Below are positions 34,958 through 46,340 of a stretch of DNA of 64,000 bases, one piece after another (position 1 is the first letter of the stretch; each line of letters begins with the position of its first letter). The DNA comes from Terriglobia bacterium (GTDB taxonomy: Bacteria; Acidobacteriota; Terriglobia; Terriglobales; Acidobacteriaceae), in NCBI GenBank assembly GCA_963823085.1, contig CAWGKF010000016.1, positions 126,824-190,823 on the forward strand, given 5' to 3'. The position numbers and the translations under genes are program-made. The notes beneath the pieces were generated by a model, which ran no database searches, was not told the DNA's origin, and saw nothing but the letters and a program-made list of their open reading frames with translations.

Positions 34958-36367
34958 ATGGCATCCGCGCGAACTTTATTTGAGAAGATTTGGGACGCCC
35001 ACATGGTGGCGCAGCCGGAGGGGCGGTCGCCCATCCTTTATATCGATCTGCATTTGGTGCACGAGGTGACGTCGCCGCAGGCGTTTGACGGATTGCGGGG
35101 GGCACACCGAAAGGTGCGACAGCCGCTGCGCACGGTGGCGACCGTCGATCACAATATTCCGACGGAACCCCGAGGGACGCCAATCACCGATCTGATTGCC
35201 GCGAAGCAGATTGCCGCGCTGCAGGCGAACTGCAAGGAGTTTGGGATCCGGCTGTTCGATATGGATTCGCCGGAACAGGGGATTGTGCACGTGATCGGTC
35301 CGGAGTTAGGGCTAACCCAGACGGGGATGACAATTGTGTGCGGCGACAGTCACACCAGCACGCATGGAGCGTTTGGGGCGCTGGCGTTCGGGATCGGAAC
35401 GTCGGAAGTGGAGCACGTACTGGCGACGCAGTGCCTGGCGCAGCAGAAGCCGAAAACGATGAAGATTGATGTGCGCGGGCGCCTGGCAGACGGCGTGACT
35501 GCGAAAGACCTGGCGCTGGGGATTATCGGGCAGATCGGCACGGATGGAGCTAACGGATACGTGATTGAGTATGCCGGTCCCGCGGTGCGGGCGCTGTCGA
35601 TGGAAGGGCGTATGACGCTCTGCAACATGAGCATCGAGGCAGGTGCTCGGGCTGGGATGGTGGCTCCAGATGAGACGACGATTAACTACGTGAAGGGACG
35701 GCGGTTTGCTCCGACGGGAACGGACTGGGAGAAGGCGGTGGCGTACTGGCGGAGTTTGCCTTCGGATGCGGATGCAGAGTTCGACAAGGTAGTGGAGATC
35801 GATGCGGCGCAGCTTTGTCCGTTTGTGACGTGGGGAACGAATCCAGGGATGGTCGCGCCGGTAACGGGCCGAGTCCCAGAGATCAAAGGCTTGCAGGAGG
35901 CGGACCGGCGGGCTGCAGAACTTGCTTTGCAATATATGGCGCTGGAGCCGGGAAAGCGGATAGAGGACATCGGGATCGACCGCGTCTTTATTGGATCGTG
36001 TACGAATTCACGCATGGAAGACCTTCGGTCCGCGGCGCGGGTGGCGAAGGGACATAAGGTGAGTTCGAAGGTACGTGCGATGGTGGTACCGGGGTCCCAG
36101 GCGATAAAACGCGCTGCCGAGCAGGAAGGGCTGGATAAGATTTTTCAGGACGCAGGATTCGAATGGCGGGAGTCGGGATGCTCGATGTGCCTGGGGATGA
36201 ATCCGGATATTCTGCAGCCCGGAGAGCGGTGCGCGTCGACGAGCAACCGGAACTTTGAAGGGCGGCAGGGACGAGGCGGACGGACGCATCTGGTGAGTCC
36301 GATGATGGCAGCCGCGGCGGCCATTACGGGACACTTCACGGATATAAGGAAGTGGAAGTTTCAGTAG
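34958..36367 (+). CDS. leuC: 3-isopropylmalate dehydratase large subunit
   Basis: '[10 protein letters not shown]', '[24 protein letters not shown]' and '[11 protein letters not shown]...CSMCLGMN' are aconitase-family Fe-S ligand motifs. Confidence 0.95.
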   Translation: MASARTLFEKIWDAHMVAQPEGRSPILYIDLHLVHEVTSPQAFDGLRGAHRKVRQPLRTVATVDHNIPTEPRGTPITDLIAAKQIAALQANCKEFGIRLFDMDSPEQGIVHVIGPELGLTQTGMTIVCGDSHTSTHGAFGALAFGIGTSEVEHVLATQCLAQQKPKTMKIDVRGRLADGVTAKDLALGIIGQIGTDGANGYVIEYAGPAVRALSMEGRMTLCNMSIEAGARAGMVAPDETTINYVKGRRFAPTGTDWEKAVAYWRSLPSDADAEFDKVVEIDAAQLCPFVTWGTNPGMVAPVTGRVPEIKGLQEADRRAAELALQYMALEPGKRIEDIGIDRVFIGSCTNSRMEDLRSAARVAKGHKVSSKVRAMVVPGSQAIKRAAEQEGLDKIFQDAGFEWRESGCSMCLGMNPDILQPGERCASTSNRNFEGRQGRGGRTHLVSPMMAAAAAITGHFTDIRKWKFQ

Positions 36368-36455
36368 TAGTGGTCAGGGGTCAGGGGCTAGTGGTCAGTG
36401 ATCAGTGGCCAGTTATCGGGGGCCGGGAGTCAGGGATCAGGTTCACGGATCAGTT
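36366..36455. repeat. Degenerate heptad-phased repeat (GGTCAGKG-like) in leuC-leuD spacer
   Basis: TCAG recurs at 36374, 36381, 36395, 36402, 36430, 36437 and 36450, at spacings of 7 or multiples of 7. Confidence 0.55.
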
Positions 36456-36493
36456 AGGACCTATAACCGGAAGCGATCTCGGAATACAGAAAA

Positions 36494-37105
36494 ATGAAGC
36501 CATTTACAGTGCATCGTGGGCGCGTGGCGCCGCTGGATCGGGTCAATGTGGACACGGACCAGATCATCCCGAAGCAGTTTTTGAAGCGGATCGAGAAAAC
36601 CGGGTTCGGCCAGTTTGTGTTCTATGACTGGCGATATGCCGCAGATGGGAAGAAGAACCCGGATTTCATTCTTCACGAGCCAAGGTATGAAGGCGCGAGC
36701 ATCCTGGTCGCCGGGAAAAATTTCGGATGCGGGTCCTCGCGCGAGCACGCTGTCTGGGCGCTGGCCGACTTCGGCTTCCGAGCGGTGATCTCGTCCTCAT
36801 TTGCCGACATTTTTGCTAATAACTCGACGAAGAACGGGTTTTTGACGGTGAGGTTAAGCGAACCCGAAGTTGCAACTGTAATGCAACGAGCGCAGGAGGT
36901 CGACAACTACGAACTGACAATCGATCTGGAGAAGTGCGAGGTCAGAGACGAACAAGGCTTTCGCGCAAATTTTCCGATGGATGCATTTGTCAGGCACTGT
37001 TTGCTCAATGGTCTGGACGACATTGGACTGACGTTGCAGCACGAGGACGATATTGCAGCCTATGAAGCGCAGCATACGGCGCCTGCGGCGCTTCGAGTAT
37101 CGTAA
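36494..37105 (+). CDS. leuD: 3-isopropylmalate dehydratase small subunit
   Basis: 'VAPLDRVNVDTDQIIPKQFLK', 'GKNFGCGSSREHA'. Confidence 0.95.
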   Translation: MKPFTVHRGRVAPLDRVNVDTDQIIPKQFLKRIEKTGFGQFVFYDWRYAADGKKNPDFILHEPRYEGASILVAGKNFGCGSSREHAVWALADFGFRAVISSSFADIFANNSTKNGFLTVRLSEPEVATVMQRAQEVDNYELTIDLEKCEVRDEQGFRANFPMDAFVRHCLLNGLDDIGLTLQHEDDIAAYEAQHTAPAALRVS

Positions 37106-37371
37106 GTTCATGAAAAGTCAAGTCGAGTAAAAGTATGTAAAACATGCGTGCCAGTATTGACCCGCCATGGGCGCGCGGTTGATCCTATAGTGGCGGTCCT
37201 GCCACAGCAACTGCAGCACGCGAGTTTCCGACCTGAGTGACTGGGAGGCCTCCTCGGCATCAGAAATTCCTGCCTCCTCTGGATTTGAGTTGCCGCAAAC
37301 CGAGCCTAAAATGTTACGTCTAACCATGGGATGCTACCGAGCCCGGGTTAAGGACGGTGATGGAATAACCT

Positions 37372-38643
37372 GTGAATATAATCGACGGCCATAAAAAAGA
37401 CGCCCGCAGCCTACGGATTCCGTGCGCGACGATCGTTATCATTCTTGCGGCAGTTTGCGCGATTTCATCTGGCTGCACTTCGGCCGATTCCAAACAGCAG
37501 AAGGCTCAGGCAGCCGGGCCTCCACGAGCAGTTTCCGTGGCGGTGGCACCTGTCATGAAGCAGGATGTCCCGGTGTATCTGTCGGGGCTGGGGTCCGTGA
37601 CTGCGTTCAACACGGCGAATATCAAAAGCCGCCTGGATGGGCAAATCATGAAGGTGAACTTCCGCGAAGGGCAGGAGGTCCGTGAGGGAGACCTGCTGAT
37701 TCTAATCGACTCCCGGCCGTACGAGGTGCAGGTGGAGCAGTTGCAGGCAGCGCTGTTTCGGGACCAGGCGCAGTTGCGCGATGCCAGGCTGAATCTGGAG
37801 CGGTACACATCGTTAATTCCGTCGGGCAGCATTGCGCAGCAGCAGGTGGACACGCAAAAGGCGCTGGTGGATCAACTCGACGGCACCGTGCGCAACGATC
37901 AGGGGCAGATTGACGCGGCAAAATTGAATATCGTCTATTGCCATATTATGGCGCCGTTTAACGGGCGAGTCGGATTGCGGCAAGTGGATCCGGGAAACAT
38001 TGTGCACGCAGCGGATACGAATCCGATGCTGATCCTGACGCAGCTTCAGCCTATCGCGGTGATCTTCACACTTCCGGAAGATGTTCTGCCAAGAGTCGCG
38101 CAGCAGATGGCGCATGGAACTCTTGAGGTGGATGCGCTCAGCCGTGATGATCAAACCAAACTGGGGACCGGAAAGCTGCTGACCATCGATAACCAGATCG
38201 ATCCGACGACCGGGACGGCAAAACTGAAGGCCGTATTCGATAACAGAGACAACCAACTTTGGCCGAACCAATTCGTGAATGCGAACTTGTTATTGGAGAC
38301 GCGGAAGAACAGCACGGTGGTGCCGACGGCGGCAATTCTGCGGGGGCCGCAAGGGACGTACGTTTATTCAGTGAATACGGATAAGACGGTGCAAGACAAG
38401 TCCGTAACAGTCGCGCTGACGCAAGGCGACAGTACGGTAGTGACGGAGGGAGTAAACCCCGGAGACATGGTGGTCACTGACGGGCAGGACAAGCTGCAAC
38501 GAGGCAGTCACATCGAGCCACGAAATACTGGCACGAACAGGGGGGTGGGAACGTCCCCGGCCCGCGGGCGTCAGGCGGCGGGTGGTTCGAACTCGGCGGG
38601 AAGTTCGAGGTATGCCGGGCAATCCGGTAATTCAGGGTCATGA
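37372..38643 (+). CDS. mdtA: RND efflux periplasmic adaptor (MdtA-like), lipoprotein
   Basis: Lipobox AISSGC plus coiled-coil and beta-barrel adaptor pattern. Its stop overlaps the next start (ATGA). Start is GTG 37372. Confidence 0.8.
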   Translation: MNIIDGHKKDARSLRIPCATIVIILAAVCAISSGCTSADSKQQKAQAAGPPRAVSVAVAPVMKQDVPVYLSGLGSVTAFNTANIKSRLDGQIMKVNFREGQEVREGDLLILIDSRPYEVQVEQLQAALFRDQAQLRDARLNLERYTSLIPSGSIAQQQVDTQKALVDQLDGTVRNDQGQIDAAKLNIVYCHIMAPFNGRVGLRQVDPGNIVHAADTNPMLILTQLQPIAVIFTLPEDVLPRVAQQMAHGTLEVDALSRDDQTKLGTGKLLTIDNQIDPTTGTAKLKAVFDNRDNQLWPNQFVNANLLLETRKNSTVVPTAAILRGPQGTYVYSVNTDKTVQDKSVTVALTQGDSTVVTEGVNPGDMVVTDGQDKLQRGSHIEPRNTGTNRGVGTSPARGRQAAGGSNSAGSSRYAGQSGNSGS

Positions 38644-41600
38644 GTCCTTCGCGATTATTTATTCTCCGGCCGGTTGCGACTACGCTGCTGATGGTCGGAG
38701 TGTTGCTCGTGGGCTGGGTTGCATTCATGCAACTGCCGGTCTCGGCACTTCCAGAAGTTGACTATCCCACAATCCAAGTGGTGACGTTTTATCCGGGCGC
38801 CGATCCGGACGTTATGGCGTCGTCGGTGACGGCTCCGCTGGAGCGACAATTCGGGCAAGTGCCTGGCCTGAGCCAGATGACCTCGACCAGTTCCTACGGC
38901 AGTTCGGTCATCACCCTGCAGTTTGGTCTCGATCAAAATATTGACGTTGAAGAACAGCAGGTGCAAGCGGCGATCAACTCAGGATCAACGTACCTGCCCA
39001 CGGATCTGCCGAATCCACCGATTTACAACAAGGTGAATCCTGCCGACGCGCCGATTCTGACTTTGGCGCTGACATCGGACTCGCTACCGCTATCGAAGGT
39101 CGAGGATCTCGCGGACACGTCTCTGGCGCAGAAGATCTCGCAGTTGCCCGGTGTGGGGCTCGTGTCCATCAGCGGCGGACAAAAGCCGGCGGTAAGGATT
39201 CAGGCAAATCCGACAGCGCTGGCTTCATACGGGCTGAGCCTAGAAGACCTGCGGGCGGCCCTGGCGCAGGCGAACGTAGATCAGGCGAAGGGCGTGATCG
39301 ATGGTGCGCGCCAGTCGTATACCATCGGCGCAAACGATCAGCTTTTCTCAAGCGAGCAATACAAGCCAATTGTGATTGCCTATCACAACGGCGCGCCGGT
39401 GCGAATCAGCGACGTGGCCAACGTGATCGATGGCACGGAAAACAACCAGCTTGCGGCGTGGATGAATCTGACGCCGGCCGTGATCGTGAACATCCAGCGG
39501 CAGCCGGGAGCCAACATCATCAGCGTGGTGGACCGGATCAAGAAATTATTGCCGCAGTTACAGGCATCGCTGCCGACTGCAGTCAAGGTGCAGATCCTGA
39601 CCGACCGGACCACAACAATTCGGGCTTCGGTAAAAGACGTTGAGTTCGAGCTGATGCTGGCCATCGGCCTGGTTGTGATGGTGGTGTTTCTGTTCCTGAG
39701 GAACCTGTCGGCCACGGTGATTCCCAGTGTTGCGGTGCCCCTGTCGTTGATTGGCACGTTTGGTGTGATGTACCTGCTGGGGTACAGCCTGAATAACCTG
39801 ACGCTAATGGCGCTGACAATTTCTACAGGGTTTGTGGTGGACGATGCCATCGTCATGATCGAGAACATCGATCGCTTCCTCGAGGCGGGCGACTCGCCGC
39901 TGGATGCGGCGTTGAAGGGATCGAGCCAGATTGGATTCACGATCATCTCGCTGACTGTTTCGCTGATCGCCGTGCTGATCCCGCTGCTCTTCATGGGCGA
40001 CATCGTCGGCCGGTTGTTCCGCGAATTTGCGATGACGCTGGCGGTAACGATTCTGGTCTCGGCGGGGGTTTCGCTCAGCCTGACGCCGATGATGAGCGCC
40101 AAGCTGCTCAAACATCGCAAAGAAGGCGAGCGCGGACGCTTTTACGACATAACGGAGAATTACTACAACCGCATCATTGCCTTCTATGGCCGCACGGTGA
40201 AGCTGGTGCTGAAGCACCAACCGGCCACTTTGTTTGTGACAGCTGCGACGCTGGTACTGACTCTGTTCTTGTATGTGATCGTGCCGAAGGGATTTTTTCC
40301 GGTGCAGGACACGGGCGTAATTCTGGGTGTCTCGCAGGCTCCGGACTTCGTCTCGTTCGATGCGATGTCGCAGCGGCAGCAGGAATTGGCGAAAGTCATC
40401 CTGAAGGATAAAGATGTGGAGAGCCTGTCATCGTTTATCGGGGTCGACGGCACCAATACAACACCGAATGAAGGACGAATTCAAATCAACCTGAAGCCGC
40501 GCGACGAGCGGAAGGATGACGCGTCGGCGATCATACGGCGGCTGCAGCCGGCGTTGGCAAAAGTCGACGGTATTACGCTGTACATGCAGCCGGTGCAGGA
40601 CTTGACGGTAGAAGACCGAGTGAGCCGGACGCAGTTCCAGTATTCGATCGAAGATGCGGATGCGCAGGAGCTGGCGCAGTGGACTCCGAAGCTAGTTGCG
40701 AAGCTGCAGACTCTTCCGGAGTTGCGGGACGTAGCGACAGACCAGATGAATAACGGGCTGAGAACCAACGTCACCATCGACCGTGACACCGCTTCGCGGC
40801 TGGGGATCTTTCCACAGGCGTTCGACAACACGCTCTATGACGCGTTCGGGCAGCGACAGGTTTCGACGATTTTTACGCAGCTGAACCAGTATCACGTGAT
40901 TCTGGAAGTACTACCGAATTTCGCGCAGGATCCCGCCGACCTCAGAGACATCTACATAAAGCCGAGCGTGGTTACGGCGAACACGGGGGCACCAACGGCG
41001 AATGGAGCGGCGGTCACGACCAGCGGAGCGCCCGTGCCGATCTCGACATTCACGCGCATGAAGTCCGAGCGCACCTCGCTGGCAGTGAATCATCAGGGAC
41101 AATTTCCGGTGGTGACCTTGTCATTCAACCTGGCGCCCGGAGGTTCGCTGGGAGATGCGACCAAGGCGATACAGCAGGCCGAGAAAGAAATACAACTGCC
41201 GCTCAGCATCCATGCTTCATTTCAAGGCACAGCGGCGGCCTTCCAGAATTCTCTGGCGACCGAGCCTTTCCTGATTCTGGCAGCGGTGATCACGGTTTAC
41301 ATCGTGCTGGGCGTGTTGTACGAGAGCTACATCCACCCGATAACGATTCTTTCCACACTGCCTTCGGCCGGGGTGGGCGCAATTCTGGCATTGATGATTA
41401 CGGGGAACGATCTGACCGTGGTGGCACTTATAGGGATCATTCTTCTGATCGGCATTGTGAAGAAGAACGCCATCATGATGATCGATTTCGCGCTTGAGGC
41501 CGAGCGCGTCGAGCATAAGCCGCCAGAGGAAGCCATTTATCAGGCTTGCCTGCTCCGCTTCCGTCCGATCATGATGACGACCATGGCGGCCCTGTTGGGA

Positions 41601-41807
41601 GGACTGCCGCTTGCTCTGGGTACAGGCACGGGGGCTGAGTTACGGCGGCCGCTGGGTATCACGATCGTGGGCGGATTACTGTTGAGCCAGTTGCTAACGC
41701 TGTACACCACGCCGGTGGTTTATTTGTGGTTCGACCGGGTGGCGCAAAGATTTTCTCGTTACCGCATCGGCAACGAGATTCCTCCGGAGCCGATGTCGGC
41801 GGACTGA
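38640..41807 (+). CDS. mdtB: RND multidrug efflux permease, MdtB-like
   Basis: From memory, the N-terminus '[16 protein letters not shown]...[23 protein letters not shown]' is nearly collinear with E. coli MdtB. 1055 aa, 12-TM RND architecture. Confidence 0.85.
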   Translation: MSPSRLFILRPVATTLLMVGVLLVGWVAFMQLPVSALPEVDYPTIQVVTFYPGADPDVMASSVTAPLERQFGQVPGLSQMTSTSSYGSSVITLQFGLDQNIDVEEQQVQAAINSGSTYLPTDLPNPPIYNKVNPADAPILTLALTSDSLPLSKVEDLADTSLAQKISQLPGVGLVSISGGQKPAVRIQANPTALASYGLSLEDLRAALAQANVDQAKGVIDGARQSYTIGANDQLFSSEQYKPIVIAYHNGAPVRISDVANVIDGTENNQLAAWMNLTPAVIVNIQRQPGANIISVVDRIKKLLPQLQASLPTAVKVQILTDRTTTIRASVKDVEFELMLAIGLVVMVVFLFLRNLSATVIPSVAVPLSLIGTFGVMYLLGYSLNNLTLMALTISTGFVVDDAIVMIENIDRFLEAGDSPLDAALKGSSQIGFTIISLTVSLIAVLIPLLFMGDIVGRLFREFAMTLAVTILVSAGVSLSLTPMMSAKLLKHRKEGERGRFYDITENYYNRIIAFYGRTVKLVLKHQPATLFVTAATLVLTLFLYVIVPKGFFPVQDTGVILGVSQAPDFVSFDAMSQRQQELAKVILKDKDVESLSSFIGVDGTNTTPNEGRIQINLKPRDERKDDASAIIRRLQPALAKVDGITLYMQPVQDLTVEDRVSRTQFQYSIEDADAQELAQWTPKLVAKLQTLPELRDVATDQMNNGLRTNVTIDRDTASRLGIFPQAFDNTLYDAFGQRQVSTIFTQLNQYHVILEVLPNFAQDPADLRDIYIKPSVVTANTGAPTANGAAVTTSGAPVPISTFTRMKSERTSLAVNHQGQFPVVTLSFNLAPGGSLGDATKAIQQAEKEIQLPLSIHASFQGTAAAFQNSLATEPFLILAAVITVYIVLGVLYESYIHPITILSTLPSAGVGAILALMITGNDLTVVALIGIILLIGIVKKNAIMMIDFALEAERVEHKPPEEAIYQACLLRFRPIMMTTMAALLGGLPLALGTGTGAELRRPLGITIVGGLLLSQLLTLYTTPVVYLWFDRVAQRFSRYRIGNEIPPEPMSAD

Positions 41808-41844
41808 GGCTGATTGGACACGGACTAGGCATACTGATTGAACG

Positions 41845-44800
41845 ATGAGTATTTCGGCTCCATTTATTCGCAGACCGATCGGCACGTCGCTGTTGGCGGC
41901 GGCGTTGCTGCTCTCGGGAATCCTCGCGTTTAATTTCCTGCCGGTCGCATCGCTTCCGCAAATGGATTTCCCGGTGATCAGCGTAGGGGCAAGTTTGCCG
42001 GGAGCCGATCCGCAAACGATGGCGTCGGCGGTGGCAACGCCGCTGGAACGCCAGTTTGGGCGCATTGCCGCCGTGAATCAGATGACGTCGTCGAGCCAGC
42101 TGGGCAGTACTGGCATCGCGATGCAATTCGATCTGAACCGGAATATCGACGCTGCGGCTCGCGACGTACAGGCTTCGATCAATGCGGCCCGCAGCCAGCT
42201 ACCGGCAAACCTGCCAAGCAATCCGACATACCGCAAAGTAAATCCGGCGGACGCGCCCATTTTATTGCTGGCGTTGACCTCAGATACGTCGACCGTACCG
42301 CAGATGTACGACGCCGCGGATTCGATTCTGTCGCAGAAGTTGTCGCAGGTCCAGGGAGTCGGGCAGGTTTTTGTGTGGGGCGCGTCCCAGCCAGCGGTGC
42401 GCGTGGAAGTCAATCCGACTTTGTTAAACAAGCTTGGAGTCGGCCTGGATACCGTCCGGAACGCGCTGAATGCCGCCAATGCGAACCATCCGAAGGGCAA
42501 AGTTACGAGCGGCTCGATGGTGTATACGTTCAGCGACAACGACCAGTTGTTTACGGCAGATCAGTACAAGCCATTGATTGTGGCCTACAACAATGGCGCG
42601 GCGGTGCGACTCAGTGATGTGGCCACGGTTCAGGATGCGGTCGCTGACTTACGAAACCTGGGGCTGGTGAACGGCACGCCGGGTATCGTGATACCTATCT
42701 TCCGGCAACCGGGAGCGAACATCATTGATACGGTGGACCGGGTCAAGTCGCTGTTGCCGTATTTGCAGTCCTCGATTCCTCCCTCGATCCATCTTTCGGT
42801 TTTGATGGACCGCACGACGACGATTCGCGCCTCGGTGAAAGATATCGAGGGCACGCTGCTGATTTCGATCGTACTCGTGATTCTGGTGGTATTCGTCTTC
42901 CTCCGCACAGTACGAGCAACGATCATTCCGAGCATCGCGGTGCCCCTGTCGCTGGTTGGCACTTTCGGGGTGATGTATCTGCTCGGGTACAGCCTCGACA
43001 ATCTCTCGCTGATGGCCCTGGCAATTTCCACCGGCTTTGTTGTGGACGACGCGATTGTGGTGCTGGAAAACATTACGCGCTATGTGGAACAGGGCATGGA
43101 TGTTGTGCGAGCGACCTTCAAAGGGGCGGCCGAGATTGGATTCACAGTCCTTTCGATGAGCACGTCTCTGGTGGCCGTATTCATTCCGCTGCTGATGATG
43201 GGCGGCATCGTGGGACGTCTTTTCCGCGAATTTGCGGTTACGCTTAGTACTGCGATCGGGGTTTCTCTCGTGGTTTCGCTGACGACGACGCCGACGATGT
43301 GCGCGAAATTCCTGAGGTCCGCGAAGACCGAAAAGCACAATATCTTCTATCGAGCCAGCGAATGGTGTTTCGACCGGATTCTGGCCATCTACAGCCACGC
43401 TCTGAGGTGGGTCCTCGCGCACCAGCCGGTGACCGGGGTGGTGACCATTGCAGTCGCGGTGCTGAGCATTTTCCTCTACTTCAAAGTGCCGACGGGCTTC
43501 TTTCCGCAGCAGGACACAGGGCGAATTCAGGGAACGGTGATTGGAGCGCAGGACATCTCGTTCCAATCTATGAGCGACAAGATCAAGCGGTACGCCAGCA
43601 TTGTGATGAAAGATCCTGCGGTCGACACCATGGGCGGTTTTACAGGTGGAGGCAGCGCTTTGAATCAGGGCCGGTTCTTCGTGATGCTGAAACCGCTGGA
43701 GGAGAGGGGCCCATGCCAGAAACAGCACTTCTGGGAGCCTTGCCATTATGCGTCCGCCGATGACGTGATCAACCGGCTGCGCGGCAAGCTGGCGGTGGTG
43801 CCGGGCGCGACCCTGATTTTTCAGTCGGCGCAGGAGCTCACCATTGGCGGCCGGTGGGGCAACGCACAATATCAATACACGCTGCAAAGCGCGAACCTTG
43901 ACGATCTGAACACTTGGTCACCGCGCCTGCTGGACAAGCTCAGGACGCTGCCGGAGTTACGGGACCAGAACTCCGACCAGCAGGACAAGGGATTGCAGGC
44001 GAAGCTGGTGATCGATCGGGATACGGCGAGCCGACTGGGGATCACGCCGCAGACTCTCGACAATGCTCTTTATGACGCGTTCGGGCAGCGCCAAGTTTCT
44101 ACCATGTACCGGCCGCTGAACCAGTATCACGTGGTGATGGAAGTTGCGTCGCAGTTCCAGCAGACGCCCGAGGCACTGCAGAATATTTATTTGAAGTCGA
44201 CGACAGGAACGCCAATTCCGCTGGCGGCGTTCACGCATTTCGAACCATCGAACACCCCGCTGGCGGTCAACCACCAGGGGCAATTGCCTTCGGTGACAAT
44301 CTCGTTCAACCTGGCACCGGGCATTTCTCTGGGGCAGGCGACGGACGCCATTGAAAGAGCCGAGCGCACGATCGGATTTCCTCCAAGCATCCAAGCCAGC
44401 TTTCAGGGAACGGCCGCCGCTTTCCAGGATTCCCGTTCCAACATGCTGGTCCTTATCATCACCGCGCTCGGCGCTGTCTACATTGTGTTGGGTATGCTGT
44501 ACGAGAGCTATATCCATCCAATTACGATTCTTTCGACGATTCCTTCCGCTGGCGTAGGAGCTCTGCTGGCGCTGCTTTTGACGCATAACGAGCTCAACGT
44601 GATCGGGATGATCGGCATCATCCTCTTGATCGGCCTGGTGAAGAAGAACGCGATCATGATGATCGACGTTGCGCTGGAAGTGGAACGCAATCAAGGCAAG
44701 AAGCCCGTCGAGGCGATTTATGATGCCTGCCTCCTGCGCTTCCGGCCCATCATGATGACGACGATGGCTGCGCTGCTAGGTGGCCTGCCACTGGCGTTGG

Positions 44801-45012
44801 GGCACGGTACGGGATCGGAACTGCATCGTCCGCTGGGCATCACGATTGTGGGCGGATTGATTGTGAGCCAGGCGCTCACGCTTTTCACGACACCTGTGGT
44901 GTATGTATATCTGGATCGTTTGAGACTTTTGCTGCGCGGTGGAGCGGATACGGCGCTGCCCGATACTTCTGCGCCAGCGGGTCCCCATCCCTCTCCAGCG
45001 CACGGGGATTAA
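41845..45012 (+). CDS. mdtC: RND multidrug efflux permease, MdtC-like
   Basis: From memory, 'FIRRPIGTSLL...LPVASLPQMDFPVISVGASLPGADPQTMASAVATPLERQFGRIA' is collinear with E. coli MdtC. 1055 aa. Confidence 0.85.
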   Translation: MSISAPFIRRPIGTSLLAAALLLSGILAFNFLPVASLPQMDFPVISVGASLPGADPQTMASAVATPLERQFGRIAAVNQMTSSSQLGSTGIAMQFDLNRNIDAAARDVQASINAARSQLPANLPSNPTYRKVNPADAPILLLALTSDTSTVPQMYDAADSILSQKLSQVQGVGQVFVWGASQPAVRVEVNPTLLNKLGVGLDTVRNALNAANANHPKGKVTSGSMVYTFSDNDQLFTADQYKPLIVAYNNGAAVRLSDVATVQDAVADLRNLGLVNGTPGIVIPIFRQPGANIIDTVDRVKSLLPYLQSSIPPSIHLSVLMDRTTTIRASVKDIEGTLLISIVLVILVVFVFLRTVRATIIPSIAVPLSLVGTFGVMYLLGYSLDNLSLMALAISTGFVVDDAIVVLENITRYVEQGMDVVRATFKGAAEIGFTVLSMSTSLVAVFIPLLMMGGIVGRLFREFAVTLSTAIGVSLVVSLTTTPTMCAKFLRSAKTEKHNIFYRASEWCFDRILAIYSHALRWVLAHQPVTGVVTIAVAVLSIFLYFKVPTGFFPQQDTGRIQGTVIGAQDISFQSMSDKIKRYASIVMKDPAVDTMGGFTGGGSALNQGRFFVMLKPLEERGPCQKQHFWEPCHYASADDVINRLRGKLAVVPGATLIFQSAQELTIGGRWGNAQYQYTLQSANLDDLNTWSPRLLDKLRTLPELRDQNSDQQDKGLQAKLVIDRDTASRLGITPQTLDNALYDAFGQRQVSTMYRPLNQYHVVMEVASQFQQTPEALQNIYLKSTTGTPIPLAAFTHFEPSNTPLAVNHQGQLPSVTISFNLAPGISLGQATDAIERAERTIGFPPSIQASFQGTAAAFQDSRSNMLVLIITALGAVYIVLGMLYESYIHPITILSTIPSAGVGALLALLLTHNELNVIGMIGIILLIGLVKKNAIMMIDVALEVERNQGKKPVEAIYDACLLRFRPIMMTTMAALLGGLPLALGHGTGSELHRPLGITIVGGLIVSQALTLFTTPVVYVYLDRLRLLLRGGADTALPDTSAPAGPHPSPAHGD

Positions 45013-45236
45013 TTGGCGATCCCGGACCGCGCCCAACTCCTGGCCCCCGAGGCCCCAGTACAACCCCGCCGGAGAACTGCCGCATCGCAGAGAGGAAGCC
45101 GATCGGCTGCGCAAAAAAGCATTCGTCCCGTATGATAGGAAGCACGAATAGTGCTGCAGGGAGCGGCTCAATTCTGAAGACGCCCGGCAGATCAGTGTTT
45201 CCAATTTGTTTTCGACAATTTCTTGAGGAGTCAAGG

Positions 45237-46325
45237 ATGCTAAAGAAAGCAGCAGCTGTCATGCTGGTTTGCGCAAGCATGGTCGCCTGGGTGGGATGTG
45301 GCACGACGAGCAACCGATATCTGTACGCGTCGATTCCAGGAGCCAACGAAATTGTGGCGTTTCGCGAGGACCCCAATTCGGGCGCTTTGGTTCAGTTGGT
45401 GGGCAGCCCGATTACAGCGGGACAAGCGGTTCAATCGCTCGCGCTTCATCCATCGAACAAATTCCTGTACGCCGCAAACTCTGGAGCCACGCCGACGGGC
45501 ACGATCTCGTTGTTCGACATTTCGAATGGAGGCGCACTGACGGAACATACTCCGCGGGTAAACGCAGGGACGGCACCAACTTTGCTGGCCATGGATCCAT
45601 CCGGAAAATATTTGTACGTGGCGAATTCGGGATCGTTCGACATCTCGGTGTTTTTGATTGATCCAACGCATGGATTGCTGACTCCGGTAGCACAAACAGG
45701 AGGCGCTACCGCAGGAATAGGCCTGTCAGCGTTGAACATGGCACTTTCGCCATCGGGAAGTATGCTATTTGTCACTGGGCAGAATGGGACGCAGGGATAT
45801 ATCGAAGAGTTTACCGTGACGAACGGTGTTCTTGGCATCAAGCCGGGTTCGGGCACGCCGTTTATCACGGGCAACGGCCCTTACGGCCTGGCGATCGACC
45901 CCAGTGGGGCGCACCTTTACACGGCGAACAAGATCGATAATAGCATTTCGGCATTTTCCATCGGCTCTTCCGGAAACCTCACATTAATCTCCACGATCGG
46001 CGAGACATATACGGGACCTGTTTCACTGTTTATCGACAAGTCCGGAAAGTACCTGTATGTGGCGAATCAGCAGAGTGCGGGAAATCTAGCCGCATATTCG
46101 ATCGGATCGGACGGCGGTCTGACGCTGCTGGCGACTTCTCCATTCGCGACGGGCCCGCAGCCGAATTTCATTGCTGGCGATGCGAGTGGGGATTACCTAT
46201 TCGTAGGAAACCAGTCCACAACGGCGATTCAATCGTTCAGCCTCGCTCCGAGCACGGGGACGTTGACCTCGGTTTCGACGTATGGCGTTCCGGGTACGCC
46301 CACTTCGATCGTAATCACACACTAA
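45237..46325 (+). CDS. Lipoprotein, 7-bladed beta-propeller lactonase family
   Basis: GAGGAG RBS and lipobox WVGCG. Repeated 'P..l.l.PsGkyLYvAN' blades (HPSNKFLYAAN, DPSGKYLYVAN, DPSGAHLYTAN, DKSGKYLYVAN). Confidence 0.8.
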   Translation: MLKKAAAVMLVCASMVAWVGCGTTSNRYLYASIPGANEIVAFREDPNSGALVQLVGSPITAGQAVQSLALHPSNKFLYAANSGATPTGTISLFDISNGGALTEHTPRVNAGTAPTLLAMDPSGKYLYVANSGSFDISVFLIDPTHGLLTPVAQTGGATAGIGLSALNMALSPSGSMLFVTGQNGTQGYIEEFTVTNGVLGIKPGSGTPFITGNGPYGLAIDPSGAHLYTANKIDNSISAFSIGSSGNLTLISTIGETYTGPVSLFIDKSGKYLYVANQQSAGNLAAYSIGSDGGLTLLATSPFATGPQPNFIAGDASGDYLFVGNQSTTAIQSFSLAPSTGTLTSVSTYGVPGTPTSIVITH

Positions 46326-46340
46326 GAATTTGTGAGGGAA

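Noticed and set aside
37118-37327. 69-aa minus-strand ORF in the leuD-mdtA intergenic region.
   Set aside because: It has no RBS, no recognisable motif, unusual composition, and a strand opposite to both neighbours. I treat it as non-coding leader sequence.
38640-45012. Two equal-length (1055 aa) RND genes as a recent tandem duplication or assembly artefact.
   Set aside because: The proteins differ throughout and track MdtB versus MdtC separately. This is the classical heteromeric MdtBC arrangement, not a recent duplicate.
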